The notes below the pieces were generated by a model. That model did no database searches. It worked only from the letters and a program-made list of their open reading frames with translations, and was not told where the DNA came from. Below are positions 29,323 to 40,411 of a stretch of 64,000 nt of DNA, piece by piece. The stretch is from the NCBI GenBank assembly GCA_963663765.2, contig CAXXUA010000005.1:1280001-1344000 (forward strand). The letters run 5' to 3'. This DNA is from Candidatus Poribacteria bacterium (GTDB taxonomy: Bacteria > Poribacteria > WGA-4E > WGA-3G). How positions within the stretch are numbered: the first letter of the stretch is position 1; every line of letters starts with the position of its first letter. A program made the position numbers and the translations under genes.

Positions 29323-32300
29323 ATGAAAAATGACATCGTTGAACTCATACAACGAATTCTCGCTGACGATGAAGCAGCATTTACCGAACTTGTAAACAAA
29401 TACAAAAAACAGGTTCACGCACTCGCATGGCGAAAAACTGAAGATTTCCATATCGCACAAGACATTACACAGGAAGTCTTCCTAAAAGTCTATCAAGAAC
29501 TTCACGCACTGAGAGATCCAACCCTTTTTTCAGGTTGGCTATATGTAATCACTGCTAACTTATGCGCAACATGGCACCGAAAAAAACGGATACCAACGCA
29601 ACCATTGGAAGACGAAGAAATCACATTGCAAGAGAAAGATTTCTATTCACAACATGTCGTTACAGAACGCACAAAAACTGCTGTTGAGACACAACGTGAA
29701 GTTGTCAAAAAACTGCTCGCAAAGTTGAAAGAGAGTGAACGCACAGTTATGACACTTCACTATCTCGGTGAGATGACAATCGAAGATATAAGCAAGTTTA
29801 TCGGAGTTTCGGCAGGAACGATCAAAAGTCGTCTTCAACGCGCACGGAACCGTTTACAAAAGGAGGAAACGATGATCAAAGAAGCTCTCGAACATTTTCA
29901 GATTTCACCTAATCTCACCGACAATATATTAAAAGATGTTACGCGTTTAAAACCTACTACACCTGCTGCCAGCAAACCTTTAATCCCTTGGATAATTGCT
30001 TCAACAGGTGCTGTCTTGATTGTAATAATGTTGGGCATAAGCAGCCAATTCTCAGCTCGGTTTCAGCAACCTTTTAGCTTAGATGCACAAACTGAAACGA
30101 CGGTTGAACTCATTGATGCTCCACTCTTACCAAATTTTGATACGGATCCTGATGTGCACCGCCAGCTTGGTAGTTCAAACGCACCCGGCAATACTAATAA
30201 CAGTCAACAGAATCCAGATGAGGTATCATTAGCAGCTGCTCAGGATGACGCTGAAGACAATGCTGTACCTAAAAACCAGTGGATTGAGTATGAACGTCAA
30301 GTATTCACTCATCCAAGGAATTTACTCGCGACTCCTGAAGGCGAACTTTATACTTTGTCCGCTGGTGGCCACCTTTACAAATTGAAAAACGATGGTGAAA
30401 ATTGGCAACACATCAATGATATGAGTTCATTAGAAGATAATTTTACTGATGCTGAAGCACTTATGAAGAAGTGGAACGGTATTCTATATTTAGTGTGGCA
30501 TCATAATTTCTATGCTTCTAAAGATGACGGAAAAACGTGGGATTTGATACATGAATTGGAAGTACCTGCTGAGGCAAATGCAAGGGATTGGGATCCAATG
30601 GATTTGGTACTAACGGAAAAAGCTTTCTATCTTATTTTCGCAAAAGCAGCTTTTCGTTCTGAAGATCAAGGCAAGACTTGGAAGGATATGAGTGATGGAT
30701 TGCCAAACGTCCCAGATTCTATTACAGTTATACAAAATACACTATTTACTAAATCAGACAACGGACTTTTCCGAAGGAATGCTGGCAAATGGGAACGTTT
30801 AGAAATTCCAATTCCTGAAGCAGTTGATGTACGTTCAGTTACAGGAACAAAGGATTATTTGTATGTGATGGCATCAAGATATGTAATGGCATTAAAAGTT
30901 GTAATGTCAATAAAACCTTACTTCATTCCTGACGTAGGACATCAACGCACATGGTGGATTCTTCGCTCAACTGATTTAGGGAATACATGGGAGGATATAA
31001 CACCGACAAACGCTTGGCCAATAAAAGGACAACCACCCTATGCAACGCTTATTGCTGCTGGTGAGAACATTTTGCTAATGGAGAAAGGTATGGTCTCATC
31101 AACTGATGCAGGAAACACATGGTTGCCTCCGTTGAAACCCAATGTTTCCCCTTCAATGCAGTCTCACTCACCAGCAGTTGTATTAAATGACCGTAACATT
31201 TATGTTGGTAGCGGTGATGGATTCCAATATTCAAGTGATGGCGGAAAATCATGGGACAAGATTGAGATACCCGCGAAAAGGAAGTTTACACGAAATATAA
31301 CTGATAATCTAATCGTGTATGAGGGAAGCGATAAATCGCAGAAAGTCCGTCCAGCAGTCTACGCGAAATCTTGGAGAACAATAGTAAAAACTACCGACAA
31401 AGGAAAATCTTGGAAATCCGTAAAGCTGGATGTACCGATGACAGCACCTATTAGAGATGATCAACCGCAAATTCTCAGAATCGAAACCGCTGATGACACA
31501 CTTTATGCAAAAGGTAAGAGGGTTCCCGATGAAGTCAGTTTCTATCAGATTTCTGATGATGGTAATACGTTAGAACCCATTAAAGGTATTCCAACCCTTA
31601 AAATTTATTCTGAATTGATAGTGTACAAGATGGGTCATATTAGAAGTAACCCTCTTGATTATAATGATAAGTCACTTGCTTTGAAAGATAAGTCTTATGT
31701 TGAAGAACTTCAAGAAAACTTTGTTGGGGCAACACAATTTTTCAAGGAATTGGCAGAATTAGCACAAAGTAGTTCTCAGAGCCAATTTTTGCATGTGCAA
31801 ATTGGGCAAATGCAACGTGAACTCATAGATAGGGGTTTAAACGGAGCCTTTGCGGTAAGTGGAGATACTTTTTATTTAGAATACAACTTCAAACTACTCC
31901 GATGGAAACGAGGTGAAAAAGAGTGGTACGATACCGGTGTGGAAGAGACAATTGACCTAACTATCAAGGGACCAAATGGCACTTATCTTCCCGCTGGTAT
32001 GTCTCTCGCTGGTGTACCAAAAGGAGAAGTACTCAAAGTGTTCAGGGTCATGCAAAACTTCAAACTTGCAGTTTCAGGTGATACTGTGTACGTCGGAAAA
32101 CGGGATGGACACCTACTCGTATCTCATGACAGAGGAAATAATTGGACTGATATCACATCAAGACTACCACATTCTATCATCGCCTTCAAAGATATCAAGT
32201 ACTTTGGACCCAAAGTGTATGTAGCAACGGATGCCGGTGTAACTATGTCAAGTAATGGATTACAATGGCAAGCTATCACTGATGCTGCAGGAGAAAATCT

Positions 32301-32502
32301 CGTTATGGAACACTTAGCTGTTGATGATAAATGGCTTTGTGGAATTACTGAGAAAACAGGTGTTTATCTCTTAGTAAATGGGACATGGGAACAAATTGTA
32401 TCCGAAATTCCTGATAAAGTAACTTCTCTTGCTATTGATGGAAATACAGTATACGTCGGCACATGGAAACGTGGTATGCTCCACTATAATCTTTCTGAAT
32501 AA
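29323..32502 (+). CDS. ECF sigma factor fused to a TM helix and a large Asp-box beta-propeller domain
   Basis: Region 2 (DEAAF, DITQEVFL, FSGWLY) and region 4 (GTIKSRLQRAR); TM PWIIASTGAVLIVIMLGI; repeated S-x-D-x-G-x-T/S-W motifs. Confidence 0.88.
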   Translation: MKNDIVELIQRILADDEAAFTELVNKYKKQVHALAWRKTEDFHIAQDITQEVFLKVYQELHALRDPTLFSGWLYVITANLCATWHRKKRIPTQPLEDEEITLQEKDFYSQHVVTERTKTAVETQREVVKKLLAKLKESERTVMTLHYLGEMTIEDISKFIGVSAGTIKSRLQRARNRLQKEETMIKEALEHFQISPNLTDNILKDVTRLKPTTPAASKPLIPWIIASTGAVLIVIMLGISSQFSARFQQPFSLDAQTETTVELIDAPLLPNFDTDPDVHRQLGSSNAPGNTNNSQQNPDEVSLAAAQDDAEDNAVPKNQWIEYERQVFTHPRNLLATPEGELYTLSAGGHLYKLKNDGENWQHINDMSSLEDNFTDAEALMKKWNGILYLVWHHNFYASKDDGKTWDLIHELEVPAEANARDWDPMDLVLTEKAFYLIFAKAAFRSEDQGKTWKDMSDGLPNVPDSITVIQNTLFTKSDNGLFRRNAGKWERLEIPIPEAVDVRSVTGTKDYLYVMASRYVMALKVVMSIKPYFIPDVGHQRTWWILRSTDLGNTWEDITPTNAWPIKGQPPYATLIAAGENILLMEKGMVSSTDAGNTWLPPLKPNVSPSMQSHSPAVVLNDRNIYVGSGDGFQYSSDGGKSWDKIEIPAKRKFTRNITDNLIVYEGSDKSQKVRPAVYAKSWRTIVKTTDKGKSWKSVKLDVPMTAPIRDDQPQILRIETADDTLYAKGKRVPDEVSFYQISDDGNTLEPIKGIPTLKIYSELIVYKMGHIRSNPLDYNDKSLALKDKSYVEELQENFVGATQFFKELAELAQSSSQSQFLHVQIGQMQRELIDRGLNGAFAVSGDTFYLEYNFKLLRWKRGEKEWYDTGVEETIDLTIKGPNGTYLPAGMSLAGVPKGEVLKVFRVMQNFKLAVSGDTVYVGKRDGHLLVSHDRGNNWTDITSRLPHSIIAFKDIKYFGPKVYVATDAGVTMSSNGLQWQAITDAAGENLVMEHLAVDDKWLCGITEKTGVYLLVNGTWEQIVSEIPDKVTSLAIDGNTVYVGTWKRGMLHYNLSE

Positions 32503-32539
32503 AACAACAAACCTTCAAATCAGGGGTGCACTCATACTA

Positions 32540-32693
32540 CCCATTGGTTTCAATTTAAGAAAAAAGTGTTGGTATCTCTTTTGTGGGAGGGGTTTTCAAC
32601 CCCGATTTTATGAACATTTCCTCTCAAATCGAGGTTGAAAACCCCTCCCACAAGAGAAACGCCAAAATATAATCCTAAATTGATGCATATGGG
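32540..32693. repeat. GTGG-type REP doublet (32583-32651) in a CAATTTAAG...CTAAATTG shell
   Basis: GTGGGAGGGGTTTTCAACC...GGTTGAAAACCCCTCCCAC; related element at 52228-52332. Confidence 0.7.
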
Positions 32694-33174
32694 ACGGGGT
32701 CTCGTCGCACAGAATATGGATGATATTTTCAAGGCTCACAAATCCCCATCTATTTGTAGGACGAGGTCACCGTACCCCCCATTGTTTTCGCACACCAGAT
32801 TGGTAAGGTATAGAGACCTGGGAATGCTCTATAGTATTCATACCCGGGGAATGATATACGCGCATTGATACCGTTGATTTCTTGATTTGAAAATCCCTGT
32901 TCAGACATCTGTACAGAAACTTTCAATAAATCCAAACAGTCCCTAAACCTATTGGAAATTCCAATAACCTAACACAAAAAACACGCCTATCCTCACCCCC
33001 ACATAATGTATAATAGACTATAGTGTACGACTTGTGCCAGTTAACCCATTGTTTTCAAAGTTTTTACATTTATTAGGTTTATAATGCACACATATCGTCC
33101 CTACGGGACTAAAGAGAACAAAAGTTTGTACCTCTGTGCAAAAAACTTTACACACCCGTCGTGTTGTGCTTGTC

Positions 33175-33203
33175 TTGACAACCCTCATCCGTTGTGATAG
33201 AAT
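33175..33203 (+). promoter_or_regulatory. Putative sigma70 promoter of lpdA
   Basis: TTGACA-17 bp-TAGAAT with extended -10 TG. Confidence 0.6.
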
Positions 33204-33232
33204 TATATCCATCTCAATAAACAGGAGCGGTT

Positions 33233-34609
33233 ATGGCAACTTATGATGTTGGAATTATCGGTGGAGGTCCAGGTGGGTATGTGGCTGCGATTAGAGCGGC
33301 GCAACTTGGTGGTTCTGTATGCCTTATTGAAAAGGGTGAATGGGGAGGTACTTGTCTAAATAGAGGGTGTATTCCAACGAAGACCCTTTTTTCTATAGCA
33401 CATTTAGCGGAACAGGTTCGTAACACACCCTCACTAAATGTCCAAAGCGCGATTGTTGATTATTCACAAACATTAGAACATAAAACAGTGGTGATCCAAA
33501 AACTAAACGATGGCATAGGAAAGCTACTGAAAGCAAACAAAGTTAATACTATAAACGGCAACGCTGTACTTTCTGATAAGAATACAATAACTATAAGCAA
33601 ATCAGATGGTACAACCGAACAGGTGAAAGCGAATAGTGTCATTATTGCGACTGGGTCTGAACCTGCGAACCCTCCTGTGTTTGAGATTGATGAAACCGAT
33701 GTGTTGACAACAACAGGTATTCTTAACCTCACAGAAATCCCTGAGAGTCTTATTATTGTCGGTGGTGGCATATCGGGATGTGAATTTGCGTCTATATTCA
33801 ATGCTTTCGGTTGTAAAGTGACCGTGTTGGAACTGCTACCTACTATTTTGGCGACTGAAGATGTACAGGTTGTTCGTCATATCCAACTTTTTATGAAGCG
33901 AAAAGGTATCACAATCCATACAGGAGCGAATATCACCAGTGTTGAAAAAACGGATGGAGGAGTCACAGCAGAGCTTGAGTCTGGTGAAAGTCTATCTGCA
34001 GAAAAGATGCTGGTTTCAATCGGTAGACAGTACAATTCAGTGGGGATTGGATTAGAAAAGGTTGGTGTTCATACAGAAAAGGGTAAAATTGTTGTAGATG
34101 ATAAGATGCAGACGAACATCTCCGGTGTCTATGCTGTTGGTGATGTTGCAAGTCGGTATCTGCTTGCACATGTGGCATCTGCTGAAGGAAAGGTTGCTGC
34201 ACAGAACTGTCTCGGTGAAGCGACTGAGATGGATTATCAAGTTATTCCGTGGTGTGTTTTCACACTTCCCGAAATTGGACATGTGGGTATGACTGAAATA
34301 GAAGCCACTGATGAGGGGTATGAGGTTAAGGTAGGTAGGTTTCCTTATGGAGCAAGTGGCATGGCGTTAGGGATGGGTGAGGCAGATGGATTCGTAAAGA
34401 CCGTTACGGATGCGGATAGTGGTGATATTCTGGGGGTTCATATTGTCGGTGTTCATGCGTCAACGTTAATTCATGAGGCGGCAGTTGCGATTCGATTGGG
34501 TGCCTCTGCGATGGATATTGCACATTGTGTGCATGCGCACCCAACGCTTTCGGAGATGGTGATGGAGTCTGCTGAAGCGGCGTATGGTCGTGCGGTGCAT
34601 GTGCTTTAG
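33233..34609 (+). CDS. lpdA: Dihydrolipoyl dehydrogenase
   Basis: GGGPGGYVAAIRAAQLG, GGTCLNRGCIPTK, HAHPTLSE. Confidence 0.96.
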   Translation: MATYDVGIIGGGPGGYVAAIRAAQLGGSVCLIEKGEWGGTCLNRGCIPTKTLFSIAHLAEQVRNTPSLNVQSAIVDYSQTLEHKTVVIQKLNDGIGKLLKANKVNTINGNAVLSDKNTITISKSDGTTEQVKANSVIIATGSEPANPPVFEIDETDVLTTTGILNLTEIPESLIIVGGGISGCEFASIFNAFGCKVTVLELLPTILATEDVQVVRHIQLFMKRKGITIHTGANITSVEKTDGGVTAELESGESLSAEKMLVSIGRQYNSVGIGLEKVGVHTEKGKIVVDDKMQTNISGVYAVGDVASRYLLAHVASAEGKVAAQNCLGEATEMDYQVIPWCVFTLPEIGHVGMTEIEATDEGYEVKVGRFPYGASGMALGMGEADGFVKTVTDADSGDILGVHIVGVHASTLIHEAAVAIRLGASAMDIAHCVHAHPTLSEMVMESAEAAYGRAVHVL

Positions 34610-35071
34610 GTTGTATTATATGTCATAATTGTGTTAAAATTGTACTATGGTTTGGACAGTTTTAAGAATTGAACTGCGGATTGGACATCTATTTTCATAT
34701 TTATACTCCTCATGCAGCATGCCATACGTGCATGCTGCCACCGCGGGTGCTTGGTTAATGGGATTCTTGACACTTCTATACACTTGTCGCACCGCTGGTG
34801 CTGCCATTATAGGCGATAAAATTCTTTTTTGTGAGTTTCATAACATTGTTGTAACTCAACGAAAATATATCAAAAATCAAAGTGGTAGTCCCAAAGGGAC
34901 GGAATGTGTATAGATCATTAGCTGTCCCACTCAAGCCGCAGAGGGGCGAAATGTGTTTTAGCACGAGATTCAGAAATGAAAATGAAAGCATCACGACTCA
35001 AAAAACTTTCCAAACTATAGTAAAATTGTAAGGAAATTTATTATATTTTCATTTTATGAGGGGTATGAATA

Positions 35072-36166
35072 ATGACTGCTTACGCATTTTGGAACAACAA
35101 AGGAGGTGTCGGGAAGAGTTTCTTAAGTTTTGTTGCAGCAACTGAATATGCACGTACTTACTCTGATACTGATGTTTATGTAATAGATTTATGTCCACAA
35201 GCGAACATTTCAGAGATGTTAATATTGAATTCCGAAATATTAATTAATACTACCGATCAAGAAACTTTATTTAGTTATGATGTGATACGTGAGAATTTTG
35301 ATGTGATGCATAAATTCTTTAATAAAACACCGCGAGCTACAGTTGCGGGTTATATTGAAGCACGGCTTAATTCTCCTTTTCGTCCCCTTAATGATGTATC
35401 ACCTTATGTCTGCCGGCCGCGTGACTACAATGGAAAACTTCCTACAAATTTACATTTAATATGCGGAGACTATCTGTTAGAAATTCTTTCAGAAGCGATT
35501 CGTCAGACTTCACAACTTGCTATTCCAGTGGATGCTTGGAAACAAGTACTTAGTTGGATTAAGGATCTGACAGTTGCATTGGGAAAACGGAGTGGGGATA
35601 GAGATACCCTTTTTATAATTGATTGTAATCCAAGTTTTGCTATTTATACCCAATTGGCACTTGTAGCAGCCAATAACCTTGTTGTACCCCTTACACCTGA
35701 TGATAGTTCACGTAGGGCGGTAGAAAACGTTGTAGCATTACTTTACGGACATGGTTTTGGAGACCCTAAGATAGAGTCGTACGCAAAAATCAACTTTGCA
35801 AAAAGAGCAAAGGAGATTGGTTTAAATGTACCGAGACTGCATACGTTTATAAGTAATCGCGTGACCATTTATGAGGGGAAAGCAAGCAAAGCATTTGAAG
35901 CTGTGAATGCATCTATTAAAGAAACTTTAAATGGGCTACATCAAAAGTATCGGCAGATATATGCGATCCCAAAAGAATTGCCGAGTGATAGGTTCATAGA
36001 AATACCAGATTATCACAGTGCATGTGTCGTTATGGCAGTTAAAGGTATACCTTTAGATAGTCTTCAACCCGGTCCGAATATGGTTCATGGTAAACGGGTT
36101 CAACTCAACCCTAAACCGTTAGAACGATATCAACAAGCGCTCACTGAATTTGTAAGTTATCTATAA
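35072..36166 (+). CDS. ParA/Soj-family ATPase (not the chromosome-partition copy)
   Basis: NNKGGVGKS deviant Walker A, IDLCPQAN, IDCNPSF; no parB nearby. Confidence 0.88.
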   Translation: MTAYAFWNNKGGVGKSFLSFVAATEYARTYSDTDVYVIDLCPQANISEMLILNSEILINTTDQETLFSYDVIRENFDVMHKFFNKTPRATVAGYIEARLNSPFRPLNDVSPYVCRPRDYNGKLPTNLHLICGDYLLEILSEAIRQTSQLAIPVDAWKQVLSWIKDLTVALGKRSGDRDTLFIIDCNPSFAIYTQLALVAANNLVVPLTPDDSSRRAVENVVALLYGHGFGDPKIESYAKINFAKRAKEIGLNVPRLHTFISNRVTIYEGKASKAFEAVNASIKETLNGLHQKYRQIYAIPKELPSDRFIEIPDYHSACVVMAVKGIPLDSLQPGPNMVHGKRVQLNPKPLERYQQALTEFVSYL

Positions 36167-36175
36167 AGGTTACTT

Positions 36176-36777
36176 GTGTCATCACCAGCGGCTTTGAAGT
36201 ACATAAACTCAACAAATCATATACAAACACTTCGCAAGACTGCCACAGATAAGCGCTTGCGCCCTATGCCACGCAAAGAAGTCCAAATCTATTACCATGC
36301 AGCCCTCACGGGAAACGTCGCTGCATGGAATGCTTATATAAGCAATTTGGTGCACGATTTCTATAGTTTAATATCTGAACCATCAAACCAAATTTTTGAT
36401 GCAGTATATACAATTGCACAACAAGCAGCAGATAATGCATTGTTAAGGTTTAATACACCAAACTGGGAGAATACACGCGCTATTCTTGTTCAATATACTG
36501 GTTACGATCCAATCAGCGATTGGGGTGGTTCGCAAATAAATATGAATCTGGAACAAGTTAAACAACGATTGGCAGAAATATTGAAAGTTCGTCACAGTTT
36601 TGCTCACGGTTCTGAAATGCCAGCTTACACCTGGACACAATCACCGAGTGGACAGGTCCGTTTAACAAATAAAGCAATTAAAGGAACTGAGATATTCTTC
36701 AAAAACTTGTTAAAGTCACTGATATTGGGATGAAAACACATATTGAATTGACTTACGGACTTAGTGGTTTTTGGTAA
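36176..36777 (+). CDS. HEPN-domain putative RNase (probable frameshift near the C-terminus)
   Basis: RHSFAH (RxxxxH) in a helical protein; ORF stops at 36733, but a shifted frame after the A5 run at ~36701 continues LVKVTDIGMKTHIELTYGLSGFW to TAA 36777. Confidence 0.75.
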
Positions 36778-36826
36778 GTATAATATATTTTATTTAGGAA
36801 TACTAAACAATCTGTCATACAACTCA

Positions 36827-37744
36827 TTAAAAGCATGATACTTCCTGAAGTTCCCGATATCGCCCCTCAATCTCGTCAAACTGGACAGATTTTTGCCGAT
36901 TGATGCTGAAGTCCTCAATGTTGAACGAGGCGACAACAGTGCCATACACCATGGCTTTGCGAATTGAACCCTCCGATAAATCACATACAGATGCAAGATA
37001 ACCCATAAAGCCTCCAGCAAAACAATCGCCAGCACCTGTGGGATCTGTTACTTGTGTTAACGGATATGCAGGTGCACTGAAGAATGATGTTGCTGTGATG
37101 CTAATTGCACCGTGCTCACCTTTCTTGATGATAACACGTTTTGGACCATAACGTAGGATTGCCTTTGCTGCTTTCATTAGATTATTTTCACCGGTTAACA
37201 ACCTTGCCTCGCTATCGTTCAGGATTAGGATGTCAACACGTTCTATAGTTTTCTCTAACGCATCCCGTTCTTCATTTATCCAAAAATCCATCGTATCCGA
37301 GACAACAAGTTTTGGGTTTGATGCTTGCTCAATAATGCTCAATTGGAGTTGGGGAGGGTCATTTGCTAAAAAGAGGTAGGGGATATCCTTGTAAGCATCG
37401 GGTAAAACGGGGTGGAAATCTTCAATAACATTCAACTCTGTAAAGAGTGTATCCCGTACGTTGAAGTCTTCAGCGTATTTTCCACCCCATCGGAATGTTT
37501 TTCCGTTTTCAACGCGCGTTAATCCTTCAAGGTCGATGTTGCGTGTTTGAAGAAAGTCAGTGTATGCTATTGGGAAATCAGCACCTACCACTCCGACAAG
37601 ACGAACAGGCATGCCAAAGAAACTTGCAGCAACGGCGGCATAAGTACCAGAACCTCCCAGTACATCTTCAACCCGTTGATGTGGCGTTTCTACAGTATCC
37701 AATGTCACTGTGCCAACTACTAACACTTCCATTCTTTTCTCCAT
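36827..37744 (-). CDS. PfkB-family sugar/nucleoside kinase
   Basis: LGGSGTYAA, LNDSEA, KKGEHGA, DPTGAGDCFAGG. Confidence 0.92.
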   Translation of the reverse strand: MEKRMEVLVVGTVTLDTVETPHQRVEDVLGGSGTYAAVAASFFGMPVRLVGVVGADFPIAYTDFLQTRNIDLEGLTRVENGKTFRWGGKYAEDFNVRDTLFTELNVIEDFHPVLPDAYKDIPYLFLANDPPQLQLSIIEQASNPKLVVSDTMDFWINEERDALEKTIERVDILILNDSEARLLTGENNLMKAAKAILRYGPKRVIIKKGEHGAISITATSFFSAPAYPLTQVTDPTGAGDCFAGGFMGYLASVCDLSEGSIRKAMVYGTVVASFNIEDFSINRQKSVQFDEIEGRYRELQEVSCF

Positions 37745-37749
37745 TGGAC

Positions 37750-37983
37750 TTACGAAAACATTCCGGGTCGGTTTTTGTTTTCACGAAAGGCGGCAACGAT
37801 ACGACGTAAGCGGCGTATAAAAATGAAACCGAGTAGAAGTACGAGCGGATATACGGCATAGTCCAGTAAAGTGTTAATTGAAGCGGGGAATTGCACTTTA
37901 CCAGAACGCGCTAACCATAAAGGGAGTAAAATCAGCGCAGCAATAAGTAATAGTATACCTTCCCAGATCTCAGTTTTCTTCAT
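37750..37983 (-). CDS. Small two-TM membrane protein
   Basis: Two hydrophobic segments and a basic tail; fills the gap in the metK-ahcY-pfkB run. Confidence 0.7.
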   Translation of the reverse strand: MKKTEIWEGILLLIAALILLPLWLARSGKVQFPASINTLLDYAVYPLVLLLGFIFIRRLRRIVAAFRENKNRPGMFS

Positions 37984-38011
37984 AGGTTTTCTGAGACTAC
38001 AATAACAATAC

Positions 38012-39280
38012 TTATGTCCCCATCTCCCATGAGTTTAGGTATTTCTCTTGCTCTGGTGTGAGTGTGTCAATCTCAATTCCGAAGGAAGCTAACTTTAGAC
38101 TTGCGATTTCCTCGTCGATAGATGCGGGGACATCATATACCCGATTTTCAAGTTTTTTCTGATTTTTTGCGATATACTCAAGGGACAATGCTTGATTAGC
38201 AAAACTCATGTCCATAACGCTTGCGGGATGTCCCTCAGCAGTTGCTAAGTTGACTAAACGTCCTTCGCCGATGAGAAAAAGGGTTCTACCATCAGCAATT
38301 GTATAGGCTTCAACAAATTTACGTGCATTGGATTTTTCAACAGCAAGTTCTTCAAGTGCGGGTATATCAATCTCAACATTAAAATGCCCTGAATTAGCGA
38401 TGATTGCACCATCCTTCATCGCTTCAAAATGTTCTTTTCGAAGGACATGAATATCACCTGTTAGCGTTATGACGAGATCTGCTTCCTGAACTGCATTCTG
38501 CATTGGCATCACTCTGAATCCGTCCATGACTGCTTCTAATGCTTTTAGTGCGGTTACTTCGGTAACAATTACATTTGCACCTAATCCACGCGCTCGGTTT
38601 GCGACCCCTCTACCACACCATCCATAACCTGCGATGACGACAGTTGTTCCTGCGATGAGAAGGTTTGTTGCACGGATAATACCGTCTAAAGTGCTTTGTC
38701 CTGTGCCGTATCTATTATCAAAGAAGTGTTTTGTATCTGCGTCATTGACAGCGATAATGGGATATTTCAACACACCTTCAGCGGCCATGCTTTTTAGTCT
38801 GATAACACCGGTTGTTGTTTCTTCAGTTCCTGCGATTACATTTTCAACATAAGCGGGATTTGTTTCTTCGGAGTGTAGTAGCGACACCAAGTCAGCACCA
38901 TCATCCATTGTGATGTTTGGTTGCGTGTCAAGTGTAGAATTGATATGTTGATAGTAAGTTTTTGTGTTTTCTCCGTTGATAGCGAAAACTGAGATGTTGT
39001 CATTTTTGACAAGAGAAGCGGCGACATCATCTTGTGTGCTTAGCGGGTTTGATGCGCACAAAGCCAATTCCGCCCCACCAACTTTTAGCGTTTGCATAAG
39101 GTTTGCTGTTTCAGTTGTGACATGTAGACACGCGGCAACTGTAAGACCTTGCAGTGGCTGTTCTTTTTTAAAACGTTCACGGATAGATGTCAGAACAGGC
39201 ATAAATCGGTTTGCCCAGTCAATTCGTTGTTTTCCATCATCTGCGAGTTCTTTTGTTTTGATATCGTAGTCCATTGTCAT
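38012..39280 (-). CDS. ahcY: Adenosylhomocysteinase
   Basis: [50 protein letters not shown]. Confidence 0.97.
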   Translation of the reverse strand: MTMDYDIKTKELADDGKQRIDWANRFMPVLTSIRERFKKEQPLQGLTVAACLHVTTETANLMQTLKVGGAELALCASNPLSTQDDVAASLVKNDNISVFAINGENTKTYYQHINSTLDTQPNITMDDGADLVSLLHSEETNPAYVENVIAGTEETTTGVIRLKSMAAEGVLKYPIIAVNDADTKHFFDNRYGTGQSTLDGIIRATNLLIAGTTVVIAGYGWCGRGVANRARGLGANVIVTEVTALKALEAVMDGFRVMPMQNAVQEADLVITLTGDIHVLRKEHFEAMKDGAIIANSGHFNVEIDIPALEELAVEKSNARKFVEAYTIADGRTLFLIGEGRLVNLATAEGHPASVMDMSFANQALSLEYIAKNQKKLENRVYDVPASIDEEIASLKLASFGIEIDTLTPEQEKYLNSWEMGT

Positions 39281-39283
39281 CCT

Positions 39284-40411
39284 TTATTTCTTTAGTTTTT
39301 CAACATAATCATTTTTTTCCCACGTGAACCCTGGTTCTGTGCGTCCGAAGTGCCCGTAAGCTGCAGTATTTCTGTAAATCGGTTCGCGTAGTTTCATTCT
39401 ATCTATAATTCCTTCTGGAGTTAGGTCGAAATGCTGGTTGACTAACTTTGCTGCTATTTCATCATCTCCTGTTCCGAAAGTATCAACCATAACTGAGACA
39501 GGAGCTTTACATCCTATTGCATAAGCGATTTGTATTTCACAGCGTTCTGCTAAACCAGCAGCAACGAGATTTTTCGCTGCGTGTCGCGCGGCGTAAGCTG
39601 CACTTCTGTCAACTTTTGTTGGGTCTTTACCAGATAGTGCCCCTCCACCGTGTCTACCCATTCCACCGTAAGTATCCACGATGATTTTTCTCCCAGTTAA
39701 TCCTGCGTCTCCGTGAGGACCACCTGTCACGAAACGCCCTGTTGGGTTAATGTGATATACGACATCTGGACTCAGTAGCTCTTCTGGGATAACTTTTTTA
39801 ATAACCTCTTCAATTATTCCTTCTCTCAGGTCAGAATCTGATACATCGGGATGATGCTGTGATGAGACAACAACAGTCGTTACAAGTGCGGGTTTATTAT
39901 CAACATATTCAACGGTTACTTGTGATTTTCCATCAGGTCGGATGAAATTGAGTATTCCTTCTTTACGTACTTGTGCTAAGCGGTGTGTCAGTTGGTGTGC
40001 TAATGTGATGGGTAAAGGCATTAGTTCGGGTGTATCGGAGCAGGCGTAACCGAACATTATACCTTGGTCACCTGCGCCGCCAGGGTTGACTCCCATTGCG
40101 ATGTCAGGTGATTGTTTGTCTATAGTTACTAATACTGCGCTGTGTTCCGAATCAAAACCGTAGTTGGCATCAGTATATCCGATGTCAGCGATAACTTCGC
40201 GTGCAATTTCTTGTAGGTTTGGGGTGGTTGTAGATGTGATTTCACCTGCGATAATGACTAGTCCGGTTGTTACGAGTGTTTCGCATGCTACTCGTCCTAA
40301 CGGGTCATCTGTTAGAATAGCGTCAAGGATCGCATCTGAAATCTGGTCAGCGATTTTGTCCGGGTGTCCTTCAGTGACAGATTCGGACGTAAACAAAAAA
40401 TTTCGACTCAA
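39284..40411 (-). CDS. metK: S-adenosylmethionine synthetase
   Basis: [44 protein letters not shown]. Confidence 0.98.
   Translation of the reverse strand: MSRNFLFTSESVTEGHPDKIADQISDAILDAILTDDPLGRVACETLVTTGLVIIAGEITSTTTPNLQEIAREVIADIGYTDANYGFDSEHSAVLVTIDKQSPDIAMGVNPGGAGDQGIMFGYACSDTPELMPLPITLAHQLTHRLAQVRKEGILNFIRPDGKSQVTVEYVDNKPALVTTVVVSSQHHPDVSDSDLREGIIEEVIKKVIPEELLSPDVVYHINPTGRFVTGGPHGDAGLTGRKIIVDTYGGMGRHGGGALSGKDPTKVDRSAAYAARHAAKNLVAAGLAERCEIQIAYAIGCKAPVSVMVDTFGTGDDEIAAKLVNQHFDLTPEGIIDRMKLREPIYRNTAAYGHFGRTEPGFTWEKNDYVEKLKK

Noticed and set aside
35072-36166. Chromosome-partition parA
   Set aside because: No parB, longer and divergent sequence, and coupled to a HEPN gene instead
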